Part shown: positions 53,401 to 61,907 of the stretch, in pieces
How positions within the stretch are numbered: the stretch's first letter is position 1
Layout: each line of letters starts with the position of its first letter
Origin: Octopus vulgaris
Taxonomy: Eukaryota
Reading direction: 5' to 3'
Length of the DNA: 64,000 bases
NCBI GenBank assembly: GCA_951406725.2
Contig: OX597820.1
Location: forward strand, 100,998,001-101,062,000
Notes under the pieces: model-generated
The model's database searches: none
Seen by the model: the letters and a program-made list of their open reading frames with translations, nothing else
What the model was told of the DNA's origin: nothing
Made by a program: the position numbers and the translations under genes

Positions 53401-56400
53401 CTCAGTGGTTTTTCTATACTAGAACACTGCTTATGAATACCTTTGAGTTCCTGCCTCAGAATACTCATGTTGCCTATCACTCATACATTTATCATTCTTG
53501 TCTTTCATTCTGTAAAGGTGATGGCAAAGAAGCAGAGACATGGAAAGCTCTTTAGTTATGTCAAGGACATGGCTACCTTTCTAGTGCTAATGTCATGAGG
53601 AACACACCCATAAAATAAATGTGTGTGTGTGTGTGCGTGTGTGGATACATTCATGTAGAAAAGATGCAGTTATTTAAAAACATACTGTCCCTATTTTATG
53701 AACTTTAGGGAGTTTGCCAAAAATTTAGTTGCAATCACATTCAGCAAGTTGGAAAATTACATAGAAATTCCTTCAGTGGCTTAACAAGTGAAAATAAAAT
53801 ATCTTGGTGTGCCATGTTAGAGAATGATGTTCTGATTATGACCATTCTGTTCTTTTGTAGGCACTGAATACACGACAATGTTCTCAATGTATCCTATTTT
53901 AAGACAAGAGTGGGTAGCATTTGAGATGGATTTGGCTGTTATTTTCAAGCAAGTTGAATGATTGCACAGACACGTCCCTCAGCTCACAGAGTAGTGAAAA
54001 TAGTTGGTATAGTTAGACCAAGGATACTCAACCATTTTTTTTTATCTATGGACCCATTTGACTACTGTTTTATTCTGGTGGACCCCCATAGGCATTTGAT
54101 ATTTAGAAACTAGTTTTATAGAAACTTCTTTCAAAATTCTTATTTTGTTTTACACACATTCACTTGTGTAGGTTGAACTATGTAAAATGTTACAGAAAGA
54201 AACCTAGCTGTTTCTTGCAATACATATCAATATATACATTGAAAGCAAAATATTTTCAGGGGCCCTTAAAATATTATTTTGGATCTCCAATTTACAATTT
54301 TGCTACATGGACCCTCAAAAATTTTATACGGCCCCTGAGGGTCCATATGGACCTTGGATGAGAACCACTGAGTTAGATGAAAATTCAATGTTGTCAGTAG
54401 AAACGTTTTGCACAATCACCATATGTACAAGAACAATAGGGTTCTACAATTAAAAACATTCATCACTCATTTTTCTTAGATGAAGAGCCTTATCTAAACG
54501 GCATAATCTTTTTCCACATACTCCTTTGGTTACAACTGCTCTATCTCACAGAAGACAAAGTTCTGCTTCTACAATGCATCTGTCCTCTCCATTCTCCTCA
54601 ATGGATCAGAAATGTGGCTGCTCGTGAACAGCAGAACCTTGAAAAACCATCAAGAACATCAGAAGGTATCATGAAATTGCCAATAAAAAAAACTGCAAGC
54701 ATGCACACATCAGCCCACAGCCTCATAGTTATCCAGCGCATGTGCTGGTGCAGACATGTTCTCCACCTCCTGTCATATTGTCCTACCAGGACCTTATGCT
54801 CATTTAACACAGCAGTTGTGGGCTGGAAGAGGCCCCCAGGGCAGGCCTCAGATGATTGGACATGATTAAGGAAACTCTCCAGAGGCTTGATGTCATCCTG
54901 GAGGACACAGAGGGGCTGGCATAGAACCACCAGTAATGGGGAGCACTGGTGGACGTGGTTAGCTTTACACACAATGATACCTCTGGGAGCACTAACATGG
55001 GATGACTCTAGCCCCATCAAGCAAGAGAATGAAGCAAGCAAGGCCTTGGTAGGATGATCTGGCAGGAGGTGGAGGGCATGTCTGTACCAGCACATGCGCT
55101 GAATAACTATGAGATGGGAAGCTGTGGGCTGACGTGTGTACACATGCAACTTTTTATTGGCAATGTGATATCATCTGATGTTCTCAGGGTTCTGCTATTG
55201 AAGCTGTCAATTCTCTTTGCCAGGGTCTTCATCTTCATGAGGGGCTACATTGAACTGGCACTTATTGGCAAAGATTGTCTCCAATCTCATTTAACTCAAG
55301 TGATCTGATTTTCGTGGCTCACACAGAAGAAAGGGACAATGCCCATGACCCTCGTATACTCCCAGAGATTAATCAGATCAATGAAATTCATATTCAGTTA
55401 GAACATCAATAAGTTGTCATCTATTGGGAAAACATTGATGAGAAGCATACTCCAGAGGGATGATTCCTTGAGAAGAGGAAGGGTTAGCAGAATAATCAGT
55501 GTGGAATCTACAAAATGGGGAAGAGATGTGTCAGGTGAGTTTGGGTAGAGAGTCATAAGCCCAGCCAGCAATGAGAAGGCCACATCAGAGTAAGAAAACA
55601 GAATGCCTGTTTGCCAGAAGTAAGAGTACATTGGTAAGCACATACCAATCAATGAAGTGGCCTTTCTCTGGATACAGTCCAAGTTGTACATATGTGTAGC
55701 AGCAGCACCATCCCAGATGTAGAAACAGTTTTCTACAGTGCATTTTACTTGGGATTTGTATAGAGTTAGCAACTGTTGAGAGCTGAAGTAATTTCTGTCC
55801 TTAAACGAGAAGTCTTTTGAATGCTGTTTTCACAAAATTATTCATGTGAGAATCACAGGAGAGATCCTCAGTAATCGTAAGGCCTAGCAATTGTAATGAC
55901 ATAGAAGTATTTTGCTTGCATGGGAAACAAGATTGTTTCTTTAATATGCAATGATGGTGCCTTAGTACTTTTGAAAGGCATAAGCTTATGTATCAATTGA
56001 AGAATATTTTAAAGGATCCTATTAATATAGGCAATGCATGTTTAATGTGAAGTCTCTAGATTGAATGCTAATAACATCTGTGTTATCAGGTAGTTAGTGA
56101 GAGTTGATGGAGTGTGTGTAAAAGCATGCTGTGGTCATTGAGTCCAACAAGAAACTTCAGATTCAAGATATGAATATTGTTGGAACTCCGACATAGGCAG
56201 CTTAGCTAGGACATTCTCAAATCCAGCATGACCAAATCTTTTGCAGACATCAAATAACACTTTCAGTGAACTTCTCAAAAGGCAAGTGAGCACTAGTGAG
56301 AAACAAGAGCAGATCTCTATAAGATCTGGCACTCCAAAAATCATGCAGATGGTTACTGAGGAGAGAAAAAGAGACTTAACATGAGATGACTGTTAAAGAC

Positions 56401-57857
56401 TGATACTGGAGTAGAAGGAGGAGTCAATGGTTGACAGCTGACTCTGAGACGTTGCTCTTACTGAAATGGACTAAAAGAGAAAGACTGAAGAATTTGCTGA
56501 GGATTGCAGATAGGTTAATGGAAGAGACATTGTCAGAGTTGATGGTTTTCTTGATTTGAAATGACCAAGGATGATTTAGCACTTGGAGTGTATATATACA
56601 TTGTGGTGATATTGTTGGAAGGAAAGTTTACAAGAACTTTTGCAGAGTTTGTGTGTTATGGAGAAGGATGCACAGCAAGCAGCAAATGTGGGATCTTAAC
56701 TCTATGGGAGTACTTACTTAACCATCATAGTTAGAGTAAGGTGTATAGAGGATCATTTTGATAAAACTTTAAAAGAACTGACGGCAACTTGGAAGACTAG
56801 AATGCTTGTAAGCTGTGTAATACAGAGGCAAGCTTGCTTCAAATATTTTACAGTATTTCGGTTTTGACAGAAAAAAACGAAAAAACTTGAAGTAAATATA
56901 AGATAGAAAATATTGGGCGAAAGTAACGAATACGTATACCCGGTGTTTAGGATTAGGGTTTTTGTTACGCCGAAAACGGGTAGTGTACATATTCTTTACC
57001 TCCGCCAAATGTTGATATGCCAGAGATTACTTTCCAATAATTTCTAAATTTATGAACACAAAACATATTTCTCTATCATTTGGATGCGTAAAATCTTTGT
57101 AATATCCTGTTTACCAACCAACGAAAACTTATCTTCATGGTAAACTTAATCGCCCGGTTTAATACAACCAGCTAGCTCTTAGATGTCTTCAGCAGTCTAC
57201 GAATAATTTCCGCCTTTCTGCAACCAGGCTTAGATGCTCTGTAAAAGGTTAGTCAGTACCCTTCCTCCTGTGATTAGGCTATCAGAACAAAAGAAAGAAA
57301 CTGGTTGTTTCCCTCCCGACTCCGATTTCACATCTCCGAGAATATATCCGACATTGCCCTTTACCAAGACCGGGGCAAATAGAATAAGTACATGCTTATG
57401 AAAGAATTTAGTATCTATCAGTTGTTTATTCTGTCTTTACACAAAAATGTTCAAATAAAAGATAATCGGGATGCCAAGACCAGCATTTCTTGTGCAATCA
57501 TTATTACTCAACTAGATCTATGACAATTATCAACTATCATATCTCAATGCAGGCTGTAACTACATTCAAATGTGCTTCCTTTAATTACTATAATAGAGAT
57601 AGGAACTCGATATAAATAAAGATTGGGGTAAGATAAGTTAACAAAATAAAGGTATATATTTCTAATTCACTAATATATATATATACACGTCGAAAGATAA
57701 AAATATATATATATATATATATATATATTATGACAAAAATGCAAGTATCGGGTTGTATCTTTCAATAAAAGAAGGAATGGATTTTTACAAACCTTTCATC
57801 CCGATCTGAACATCGCATAGTTACAGCAAGCTTTTTGGCAAACAAATCCTCCGCCAT
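1162..57857 (-). CDS. SASS6: Spindle assembly abnormal protein 6 (SAS-6), 16 coding exons, 690 aa
   Basis: Hand-spliced exons of 65,61,80,105,175,78,120,117,270,144,126,82,143,117,161,229 nt sum to 2073 nt in one frame with GT-AG borders. The protein has SAS-6 head motifs ([45 protein letters not shown]), a long coiled coil and a C-terminal SSYFP, matching recalled human SASS6. Confidence 0.96.
1701..1930 (-). mobile_element. tRNA-derived SINE family A, full length, with 15-bp TSD
   Basis: tRNA-like head with B-box GAGTTCAAATTCC and core GCCTTTCATCCTTT..GGTCGAT (resembles the Deu/Nin SINE domain); TSD CTGGATGCCCTTCTT at 1686-1700 and 1936-1950. Confidence 0.85.
2499..4125 (+). mobile_element. 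Decayed Tc1/mariner-superfamily (maT-like) DNA transposon
   Basis: TIRs TA|CAGGGTGGGGAAGCAAA (2499) and TTTGCTTCCCCACCCT (4109-4124); broken transposase remnants [10 protein letters not shown] (HTH), [11 protein letters not shown] and SPDLNSLNY, with stops and frameshifts. Confidence 0.85.
2658..3112 (+). mobile_element. 5'-truncated CR1-type LINE 3' end nested in the mariner element
   Basis: ORF2 C-terminus [19 protein letters not shown]...RLRGH...WNKLP; (TAACT)n tail; flanking ACTTAAGA direct repeats at 2650-2657 and 3113-3120. Confidence 0.85.
4253..4548. repeat. Inverted repeat (~90-bp arms) between (TA)n tracts; Penelope-like remnant
   Basis: Arms 4253-4346 and 4464-4548 are reverse complements with one ~8-nt indel; the spacer has GAAACGCGCGTC on the minus strand. 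Confidence 0.8.
4683..4843 (-). CDS. SASS6: SAS-6 coding exon 15
   Basis: [53 protein letters not shown](K); poly-T AG / GTATGT; VQYN resembles human VQFN; 161 nt. Confidence 0.85.
4958..6905. mobile_element. Cluster of SINE A (both orientations), SINE B and RTE 3'-UTR fragments
   Basis: Segments match family A (about 5113-5325 +, 5353-5565 +, 5950-6176 -, 6690-6905 -) and family B (about 5575-5945 -) copies elsewhere in the window. Confidence 0.8.
7002..7560. repeat. Unclassified ~560-bp element embedded in (AAT)n
   Basis: Complex, higher-GC block flanked directly on both sides by (AAT)n tracts. Confidence 0.5.
7874..8285 (+). mobile_element. tRNA-derived SINE family B
   Basis: Head GTGGCTGTGTGGTAAG...GGTTCAGTCCC (A/B boxes), TTGGGCAAGTG core, internal (TA)/(TG) tract, tail GGCGGTGCTCCAGCATGGCC...ACTGAAACAAGTAAAAG. 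Confidence 0.85.
8871..9235 (+). mobile_element. SINE family B
   Basis: Same head, body and tail as 7874-8285. Confidence 0.85.
9242..10083 (-). mobile_element. RTE-type LINE 3' UTR (family C), long copy
   Basis: (GAT)n tail; internal repeats of GTGCCGGTGGCACGTAAAAAGCACC; shares CCTTCATTGGACACTAAACTCTGCT with the sequence downstream of the RTE ORF at 49201. Confidence 0.75.
11085..11367. repeat. 24-bp minisatellite with 120-bp higher-order duplication
   Basis: Unit GGTGCTTTTATGTGGCACCGCACA; spacer TACTTGGAGTCGCATGACACCGCATGAG recurs 120 bp apart. Confidence 0.85.
12153..12269 (-). CDS. SASS6: SAS-6 coding exon 14
   Basis: [39 protein letters not shown]; tttcAG / GTATTA; 117 nt; poorly conserved tail, called on splice signals and frame. 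Confidence 0.78.
13096..13238 (-). CDS. SASS6: SAS-6 coding exon 13
   Basis: (V)[47 protein letters not shown]; ttctAG / GTAAGT; 143 nt. Confidence 0.93.
13350..13580 (-). mobile_element. SINE family A
   Basis: Full-length match to 62139-62365 in reverse orientation. Confidence 0.85.
13590..14115. repeat. Degenerate 21-bp minisatellite
   Basis: Period-21 units like ACAACACCAGATGATACACAT; related units flank the SINE insertions at about 13310 and 14540-14590. Confidence 0.75.
14120..14535 (-). mobile_element. Head-to-tail SINE A dimer
   Basis: A full copy plus a ~184-bp copy lacking the 5' head, joined at GACGAAATACCTATTTC. Confidence 0.85.
15315..15396 (-). CDS. SASS6: SAS-6 coding exon 12
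   Basis: [27 protein letters not shown](V); attcAG / GTATGT; 82 nt; supplies the phase 0 to 1 change needed by exon 13. Confidence 0.93.
15588..15710. repeat. Near-perfect hairpin, 58-bp arms, 7-nt loop
   Basis: 15588-15645 versus 15653-15710: 3 mismatches. Confidence 0.95.
16367..16600 (-). mobile_element. RTE 3'-UTR fragment (family C)
   Basis: CATCATCATCGTTTAACGTCC...GGATGCCCTTCCTAACGCCAACC, as in 9242-9430. Confidence 0.8.
17190..22857. repeat. Tandem array: 15 full units plus a partial unit, 364-389 bp, each with two variable (GA)n tracts
   Basis: Unit marker GTGAAAGTTTTTATG at 17505, 17882, 18271, 18640, 19015, 19386, 19753, 20121, 20496, 20870, 21246, 21611, 21982, 22348, 22712; near-identical outside the GA tracts. 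Confidence 0.98.
24796..24921 (-). CDS. SASS6: SAS-6 coding exon 11
   Basis: [42 protein letters not shown]; ttccAG / GTTTGC; 126 nt. Confidence 0.92.
25750..26095 (+). mobile_element. RTE 3'-UTR fragment (family C)
   Basis: GGTGGCACGTAAAAAGCACC repeats, GTTAGGAAGGGCATCC and (GAT)n tail; an inverted partial copy lies at about 25070-25210. Confidence 0.8.
26502..26645 (-). CDS. SASS6: SAS-6 coding exon 10
   Basis: [48 protein letters not shown]; tttcAG / GTAAGT; 144 nt. Confidence 0.94.
27105..27440 (-). mobile_element. tRNA-headed SINE (family E); second copy at about 31110-31443
   Basis: Minus-strand tRNA-like head (TGGCTCA..GGTTAGAGC...GAGTT.GATTCC); body shared between the two copies. 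Confidence 0.7.
27586..27807. mobile_element. piggyBac-type MITE
   Basis: TTAA on both sides (27582-27585, 27808-27811); TIR CCCTTTCG(C/T)TACC. Confidence 0.85.
27959..28228 (-). CDS. SASS6: SAS-6 coding exon 9
   Basis: [20 protein letters not shown]...[30 protein letters not shown]; poly-T aaAG / GTAAGG; 270 nt. Confidence 0.95.
29650..30216 (-). mobile_element. tRNA-headed SINE family D with nested SINE A (29753-29981)
   Basis: Body matches 37890-38265; the nested SINE A is flanked by a 16-bp TSD TACAGATATGTGTACC (29737-29752, 29989-30004). Confidence 0.8.
30490..30980. repeat. Compound (GTA)n/(GTG)n/(GCA)n trinucleotide microsatellite
   Basis: ~490 bp of interleaved trinucleotide runs. 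Confidence 0.97.
31583..31699 (-). CDS. SASS6: SAS-6 coding exon 8
   Basis: [39 protein letters not shown]; ttccAG / GTATGT; 117 nt. Confidence 0.92.
32519..32737. mobile_element. piggyBac-type MITE, second copy
   Basis: Collinear with 27586-27807; TTAA flanks. Confidence 0.8.
32770..33200 (+). mobile_element. Degraded RTE-type LINE ORF fragment
   Basis: [23 protein letters not shown]; homologous to 48587-49140. Confidence 0.8.
33402..33521 (-). CDS. SASS6: SAS-6 coding exon 7
   Basis: [40 protein letters not shown]; tgcAG / GTAAGA; 120 nt. Confidence 0.93.
34075..34455 (+). mobile_element. RTE 3'-UTR fragment (family C)
   Basis: Same motifs and (GAT)n tail as 25750-26095. Confidence 0.8.
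35453..35530 (-). CDS. SASS6: SAS-6 coding exon 6
   Basis: [26 protein letters not shown]; ttcAG / GTTAGT; 78 nt. Confidence 0.9.
36588..37015 (-). mobile_element. 5'-truncated RTE-clade LINE, ORF C-terminus
   Basis: [35 protein letters not shown]...FAGHC...DREVWR followed by a (GAT)n tail; open frame of 142 aa. Confidence 0.85.
37159..37378. mobile_element. Second TTAA-flanked MITE family (CCCTTTAG ends)
   Basis: TTAACCCTTTAG ... TAAAGGATTAA; related decayed copies at about 30980-31473 and 43235-43341. Confidence 0.6.
37562..37736 (-). CDS. SASS6: SAS-6 coding exon 5
   Basis: [58 protein letters not shown]; contains F132, equivalent to the head-head dimerisation residue F131 of human SAS-6; 175 nt. 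Confidence 0.97.
37890..38265 (-). mobile_element. tRNA-headed SINE family D, CpG-rich copy
   Basis: Minus-strand head CCCAGTGGTTAGGG...GGTTTCGATTCC; body shared with 29650-30216. Confidence 0.75.
39493..39597 (-). CDS. SASS6: SAS-6 coding exon 4
   Basis: [34 protein letters not shown](K); gccAG / GTAAGT; 105 nt. Confidence 0.96.
39972..40403 (-). mobile_element. 5'-truncated CR1-group LINE 3' end
   Basis: [20 protein letters not shown]...[13 protein letters not shown]...[16 protein letters not shown] with a frameshift; short 3' UTR and A-rich tail. Confidence 0.8.
40560..41487. mobile_element. Two SINE B copies in inverted, tail-to-tail orientation
   Basis: About 40560-40925 (+) and 41090-41487 (-). 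Confidence 0.8.
41506..41782. repeat. Inverted repeat (~127-bp arms) with hammerhead-like core at the centre
   Basis: 41506-41632 versus 41651-41782 are reverse complements with a few indels; the centre reads CTGAAGAG-GTCACA-GATG-TGTGAC. Confidence 0.85.
43818..44048 (+). mobile_element. SINE A nested in a SINE B-related element
   Basis: TSD AGAAACTGAAAG at 43807-43818 and 44049-44060. Confidence 0.85.
44921..45326 (-). mobile_element. SINE family B, full length
   Basis: Reverse complement of the 58947-59346 family sequence. Confidence 0.88.
45919..45998 (-). CDS. SASS6: SAS-6 coding exon 3
   Basis: [26 protein letters not shown](C); tttcAG / GTGAAT; 80 nt. Confidence 0.95.
47476..47536 (-). 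CDS. SASS6: SAS-6 coding exon 2
   Basis: (R)[20 protein letters not shown]; tctcAG acceptor, GTAAAT donor; 61 nt. Confidence 0.9.
47992..48149. repeat. Spacerless palindrome, 79-bp arms
   Basis: Centre between 48070 and 48071 (GCT|AGC); 4 mismatches; lies within a block bounded by (TA)n tracts. Confidence 0.97.
48079..48116 (+). ncRNA. Minimal type I hammerhead ribozyme motif (Penelope-type), activity uncertain
   Basis: CUGU-CCGAUGA-ACG(gcaa)CGU-GAAA-CUCAGAA-UA-ACAG: stem I, core with U4C, stem II with GNRA loop, GAAA, UH site; stem III has a C-A mismatch. Confidence 0.65.
48587..49545 (+). mobile_element. RTE-type LINE: ORF C-terminus and start of 3' UTR
   Basis: [17 protein letters not shown]...[22 protein letters not shown]...WYGHVVRM...GRGRP with stops; followed by GGTGGCACGTAAAAAG repeats. 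Confidence 0.88.
50828..51040 (+). mobile_element. SINE family A (variant tail)
   Basis: Head and core as in family A; tail AATTTCAGGCCTTGTGCC. Confidence 0.8.
51421..51985. mobile_element. SINE B (+) followed directly by an inverted SINE B 5' half (-)
   Basis: 51421-51820 (+) and about 51845-51985 (-). Confidence 0.8.
52441..52932 (-). mobile_element. Tandem trimer of SINE A 3' portion (~185-bp period)
   Basis: Units start at about 52441, 52625 and 52812, joined at GGCAGACGAAATACCTATTTC. Confidence 0.85.
54019..54370. mobile_element. hAT (Charlie-like) MITE; partial second copy at about 59620-59898
   Basis: Ends CAAGGATACTCAACC and GGATGAGAACCACTG; 8-bp TSD AGTTAGAC (54011-54018) / AGTTAGAT (54371-54378). 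Confidence 0.8.
54659..55178. repeat. Diverged inverted repeat (~135-bp arms, ~250-bp spacer)
   Basis: About 54659-54790 versus 55043-55178, for example CCAGCGCATGTGCTGGTGCAGACATG and CATGTCTGTACCAGCACATGCGCTG. Confidence 0.75.
55398..55900 (-). mobile_element. Old CR1/Jockey-group LINE ORF2 fragment
   Basis: LLTLYKSQV...[10 protein letters not shown]...[13 protein letters not shown] resembles the post-RT region of CR1-group LINEs. Confidence 0.6.
57793..57857 (-). CDS. SASS6: SAS-6 coding exon 1
   Basis: ATG at 57857-57855 (gcaATGG context); [21 protein letters not shown](R); donor AG|GTTTGT; phase 2. Confidence 0.9.
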
Positions 57858-58200
57858 TGCTATAAAATGTAGACGAAGTGTCTAATTAAACTTGTAGGCA
57901 GTAATTGAACAACATCGGTAATTTCGCCATAACGATTACAAGTAAACAACGATTAATGTTACTGCTACGACCAAATTTTCACTTGGCAGCTGGGTTTATA
58001 ATAGTAAATATCGTAGCTAATTACATCTTGAAACAAAAGTAAATAATATGAAACTGATATATTTTGTCATCTGGTTATATTTGTCATTTATATATGAAAA
58101 GGTTCAGTTGGCTTCAGTAGTTAAACACCTGCCATGTCTAAACTTGTTTTTGAGCTCCGCGCCTAGGTTGTTCTAAAAATTTCACTAATGTTTAGTGAAA
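57858..58200 (-). promoter_or_regulatory. Putative SAS-6 5' UTR and proximal promoter
   Basis: Repeat-free sequence directly upstream of the ATG with visibly more CpG than typical intron sequence; E2F-like TTTCGCCA at 57922-57929 and forkhead-like GTAAACA at 57942-57948. Confidence 0.4.
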
Positions 58201-58733
58201 CGAAATTATATACAATTTAGTTTTATTTCTCTTTCTTGCAAGTTATCTATATTCAACAAGATAAAGTTTTGTTTAATTGGAGTTTCTTTTCAACTGAAAA
58301 TAGTAATGAGCATTTATTAACACGGCAAGATCAGTTGCAATTTACATTCTTTTGTTAAAATTAAATAACACGGAACGAAAAAGTTGTTAGAAGTTTGGAC
58401 GTAGAAATCAGATATAAAAAAAAAACTGGAGAACTCTCTTTTAGAATGAAATATTATAAATGTATCAAAAGTATTATTTTAATGTTGCCATATACACACG
58501 CACACACACATTCACAGTTTTTGATTTAGTTTAATATAAATAGACTTAATTTTCAGAAAACCAATGGAAGTGGAAACTGAGACTAAGGGAATTCAAACCG
58601 TGCCAATTAGAGATATTTTTCATAAAATATTTCTTCGTTTTTTCAATGCTTTCGTTGTCTTTTTCAACTTTTTACATCAAGGCCTTTGCATATAGGGGTA
58701 CAAATTCTCAGGATTTTATTATTTTATTTTTTA

Positions 58734-58818
<85 letters not shown>

Positions 58819-58946
58819 TGTGTGTGTATGTATGTATGTATGTAGTTGAGGTGTATTCCGTTAAGAATGTATTAGAGGACAAAACATGTGTAGTGGTCAT
58901 TAAACAGCTGTCGAATCGTACTCCCTCTTACTTTTGACTATGTTTT

Positions 58947-59097
58947 GGCTGTGTGGTAAGTAGCCTGCTAGCCAACCACGTGGTTCCGGGTTCAGTCCCA
59001 CTGCGTGGCATCTTGGGCAAGTGTCTTCTGCTATAGCCCCGGGCCGACCAATGCCTTGTGAGTGGATTTGGTAGGCGGAAACTGAAAGAAGCCTGTC

Positions 59098-59151
<54 letters not shown>

Positions 59152-59346
59152 ATGTGTTTGTCCCCCTAGCATTGCTTGACAACCGATGCTGGTGTGTTTA
59201 CGTCCCCGTCACCTAGCGGTTCGGCAAAAGAGACCGATAGAATAAGTACTGGGCTTACAAAGAATAAGTCCCGGGGTCCATTTGCTCGACTAAAAGGCGG
59301 TGCTCCAGCATGGCCGCAGTCAAATGACTGAAACAAGTAAAAGAGT
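58947..59346 (+). mobile_element. SINE family B, young CpG-rich copy
   Basis: Intact A/B boxes, core and tail. Confidence 0.88.
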
Positions 59347-59361
59347 ATATATATATATACA

Positions 59362-59546
59362 CCATGATAGATCGTTAGCCACTACACACATTTTTTTCTC
59401 CCCTTGTTTTTTCTGTGTACCTTTCTGTAGAAGAGCGTAGGCTCGAAACGTAAAAGACTTTTTCTATTCCTGAGCGTTATACTAATACATCTGTTCGTTT
59501 TGTACCCCACCTGTCTTCGTCTTTTGTTTTTTCTTTCGTAAACTTT

Positions 59547-59550
<4 letters not shown>
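59362..59550 (+). repeat. Short element between (TA)n tracts with hammerhead-like motif (Penelope-like remnant)
   Basis: CTTT-CTGTAGAA-GAGC(gtag)GCTC-GAAA-CG-TA-AAAG at 59421-59456. Confidence 0.45.
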
Positions 59551-59620
<70 letters not shown>

Positions 59621-59999
59621 CTATCTTAATCTTGTGAACCCCATATTGCCATTTGATATTTAGAAACTAGTTTTATAGAAACTTCTTTCAAAATTCCTAA
59701 TTTACTTTTCGCACATTAACTTGTGTAGGTTGAACTAAGTAAAATGTTAGAGAAAGAAATACGTACCAATACATACATCTAAATCACAATTTTTTCAGGG
59801 CCCTTAATATACAATTGTGAATTTCCAGTTTACTATTTTATTGCATGAACCCCTAAAATTCTTGTATGAACTCTCAGGAGACATACGAACCCCTGTTGAT
59901 GTTTAAATTAATAACAGTTGGGTCATTAGGCATTACAGACTGTTCATGTTCTCCTGTCTAGTTGTCAAACAATTAGTATCGAATTTAGCCTAAATTATG

Positions 60000-60930
60000 C
60001 ATAACTACATCACTCCTTTTACTCTCCTCTAATCGTCTGGCTCTGTCTGACCATCGGATTGTTTAGCTGCCCGTCTTGTTAATCTTTCACGAATGGTAGC
60101 CCAATATAGCAAATATATTATAATCTGTGATTAACTTAATCAAAGCTTAACTGGTTTTCAATAACAACCTCATATTCGTAAGAAATTTTGCTTTCGTCAC
60201 TCAAAGATTTTGATTTGAGATTGTTGGGCGTCGTTTATTGGAATTTTCATGACGTTAAGATCCTTTTGGTAGTCCCTGGTATAAGTCGGCGTTTATTGTA
60301 TGACTCATTCAGGAGATATTGAGTGCCGTTCTAAGCATCCTCATATAGCAACTGTTCAACTGCTTTTTCAATGCTTTAGTGAGCGTCTATGTTTCAGCCC
60401 CATATAGAAGAACAGACTCCACTGTTGCCAGAAACAACCTCACTTGCAATTTCCTCGCTAACTTTGAACTCCAGACCTTTCTCAATTTATGGCATGCGCT
60501 CCAGGCTAGAGCTTTCCTTGCTACAATGTCTTTTTCAGTACTTTGTGTCTACGCACCAAGGTATTTGAAATTTTCAACCACCTTGAGCGACTTACCGTCA
60601 CTCACTTTCACTGACACAAGCATTTCGTGGTTGAATAGTTGCGGCTCTGTTTTACAGTACAATCCTACCTTCCTCGATTCCTGCTCTAATCTGCTCAGCA
60701 TTTCCTGTACCTGATCTGTCTTCTCTGTTAGTAACGCCAGGTCATCAGCATAGTCTAGGTCAGTTACTTGTTACTGCTTGATGCCGTCTACTTCTTTGCC
60801 TATGCAGTTTGAATCCCAGTTCTTCCTCCTTGTCCTCATACGTTCTACGCATTACATTGTCCAGAACGATGGCGAAGAGATAAGGTGCTAGCGTGTCGCC
60901 TTATAATACTCCAGCTTTGACTTCAAAGTT
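60000..60930 (-). mobile_element. Decayed RTE-clade LINE reverse transcriptase region
   Basis: GVL*GDTLAPYLFAIVLD (QGD motif with a stop) and LDYADD; later FKYLG and LLYGAET. Confidence 0.85.
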
Positions 60931-61215
60931 GTAGGCGCTGTTATCAGCCCTCGGACTCTCCCTTTCTCGTCGAGTCGCCAGACCGTGAACACATGACCTA
61001 GCTGACTCTCGTATACACGCAGACATGAGGTAGTACACAGAAGATGAACGTAGCCCTTCACTTATGAACTCTTTCCATTATCATTCAACTTGAATATATT
61101 TGAGACCGAAACTAAAGATATTTAAAGTCACAGCTTTGTTCTATGAATTCATTGTACCGTGCTCTTTTATCAAATGATGTTACTGCCTTCTGAACAGAGT
61201 CATCATTAAATGGCT

Positions 61216-61625
61216 TCATAACCTGAGAACACTACCATCTAAAAAATATTCCGTCTCTCCATCAGGAATGATCACTTTCGCTTTGGCCACTATTACTCTC
61301 AGAATTTTTGGTGGAATATTATATGCTTTAAGTATCTTCATCATCATTCCTTTATATACTGAATCAAAGTCCTCTTTAAAGTCTACATAGATAATGATAC
61401 TAGGAACTACCAAAAGTAACATTGAAGGTACAGCATAGTAGGATGAGGCTAGCTGGACACTGCATCAGACATACCGATGAAATTACTAACAAACTAGTGC
61501 TCTGGCAACCTACGCAAGGAAGAACCAGGAGAGGAAGGAAGAAGACGACCTGTATCGACAACTTGCAGGAGGATACTGGTATGGAAGGGTACAGGAGCTG
61601 AGGACCATTATAGAAGATCGAGATG
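61216..61625. mobile_element. RTE-clade LINE fragments in opposite orientations
   Basis: Minus strand YVDFKEDFDSV...KILKAYNIPPK (RT N-terminal part); plus strand RMRLAGHCIRH...LVLWQP (ORF C-terminus). Confidence 0.65.
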
Positions 61626-61840
61626 TTACCTTTTTTTTCTTTTCTTTTGTTTTTTTTTATATTTTACTTCTTTGTGCTTCGTGTCGCGATGTCCAGCGAA
61701 AGATCGTTGTACAAAGGATGTCAGACTCCCCACCATCCAACATATCAGATGTCGTGTAGTGTTGTGCTGTGTACTTGCAGAAATTTTGTGCGGTTGCGCA
61801 GTTGCTCTTTGAAGTGCATCACTTCATTGAATGCTGTCGG

Positions 61841-61907
61841 ATGGATATTTTTCTAAATCGGGTGTCGTGTGTCGGAAACACAACGCCCGATTTAGAAAAA
61901 TATCCAT
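61841..61907. repeat. Hairpin, 30-bp arms, 7-nt loop
   Basis: 61841-61870 versus 61878-61907: 2 mismatches. Confidence 0.9.

Noticed and set aside
58947-59010. tRNA genes at SINE heads
   Set aside because: A/B boxes are present but run into SINE bodies, and I could not build a full cloverleaf.
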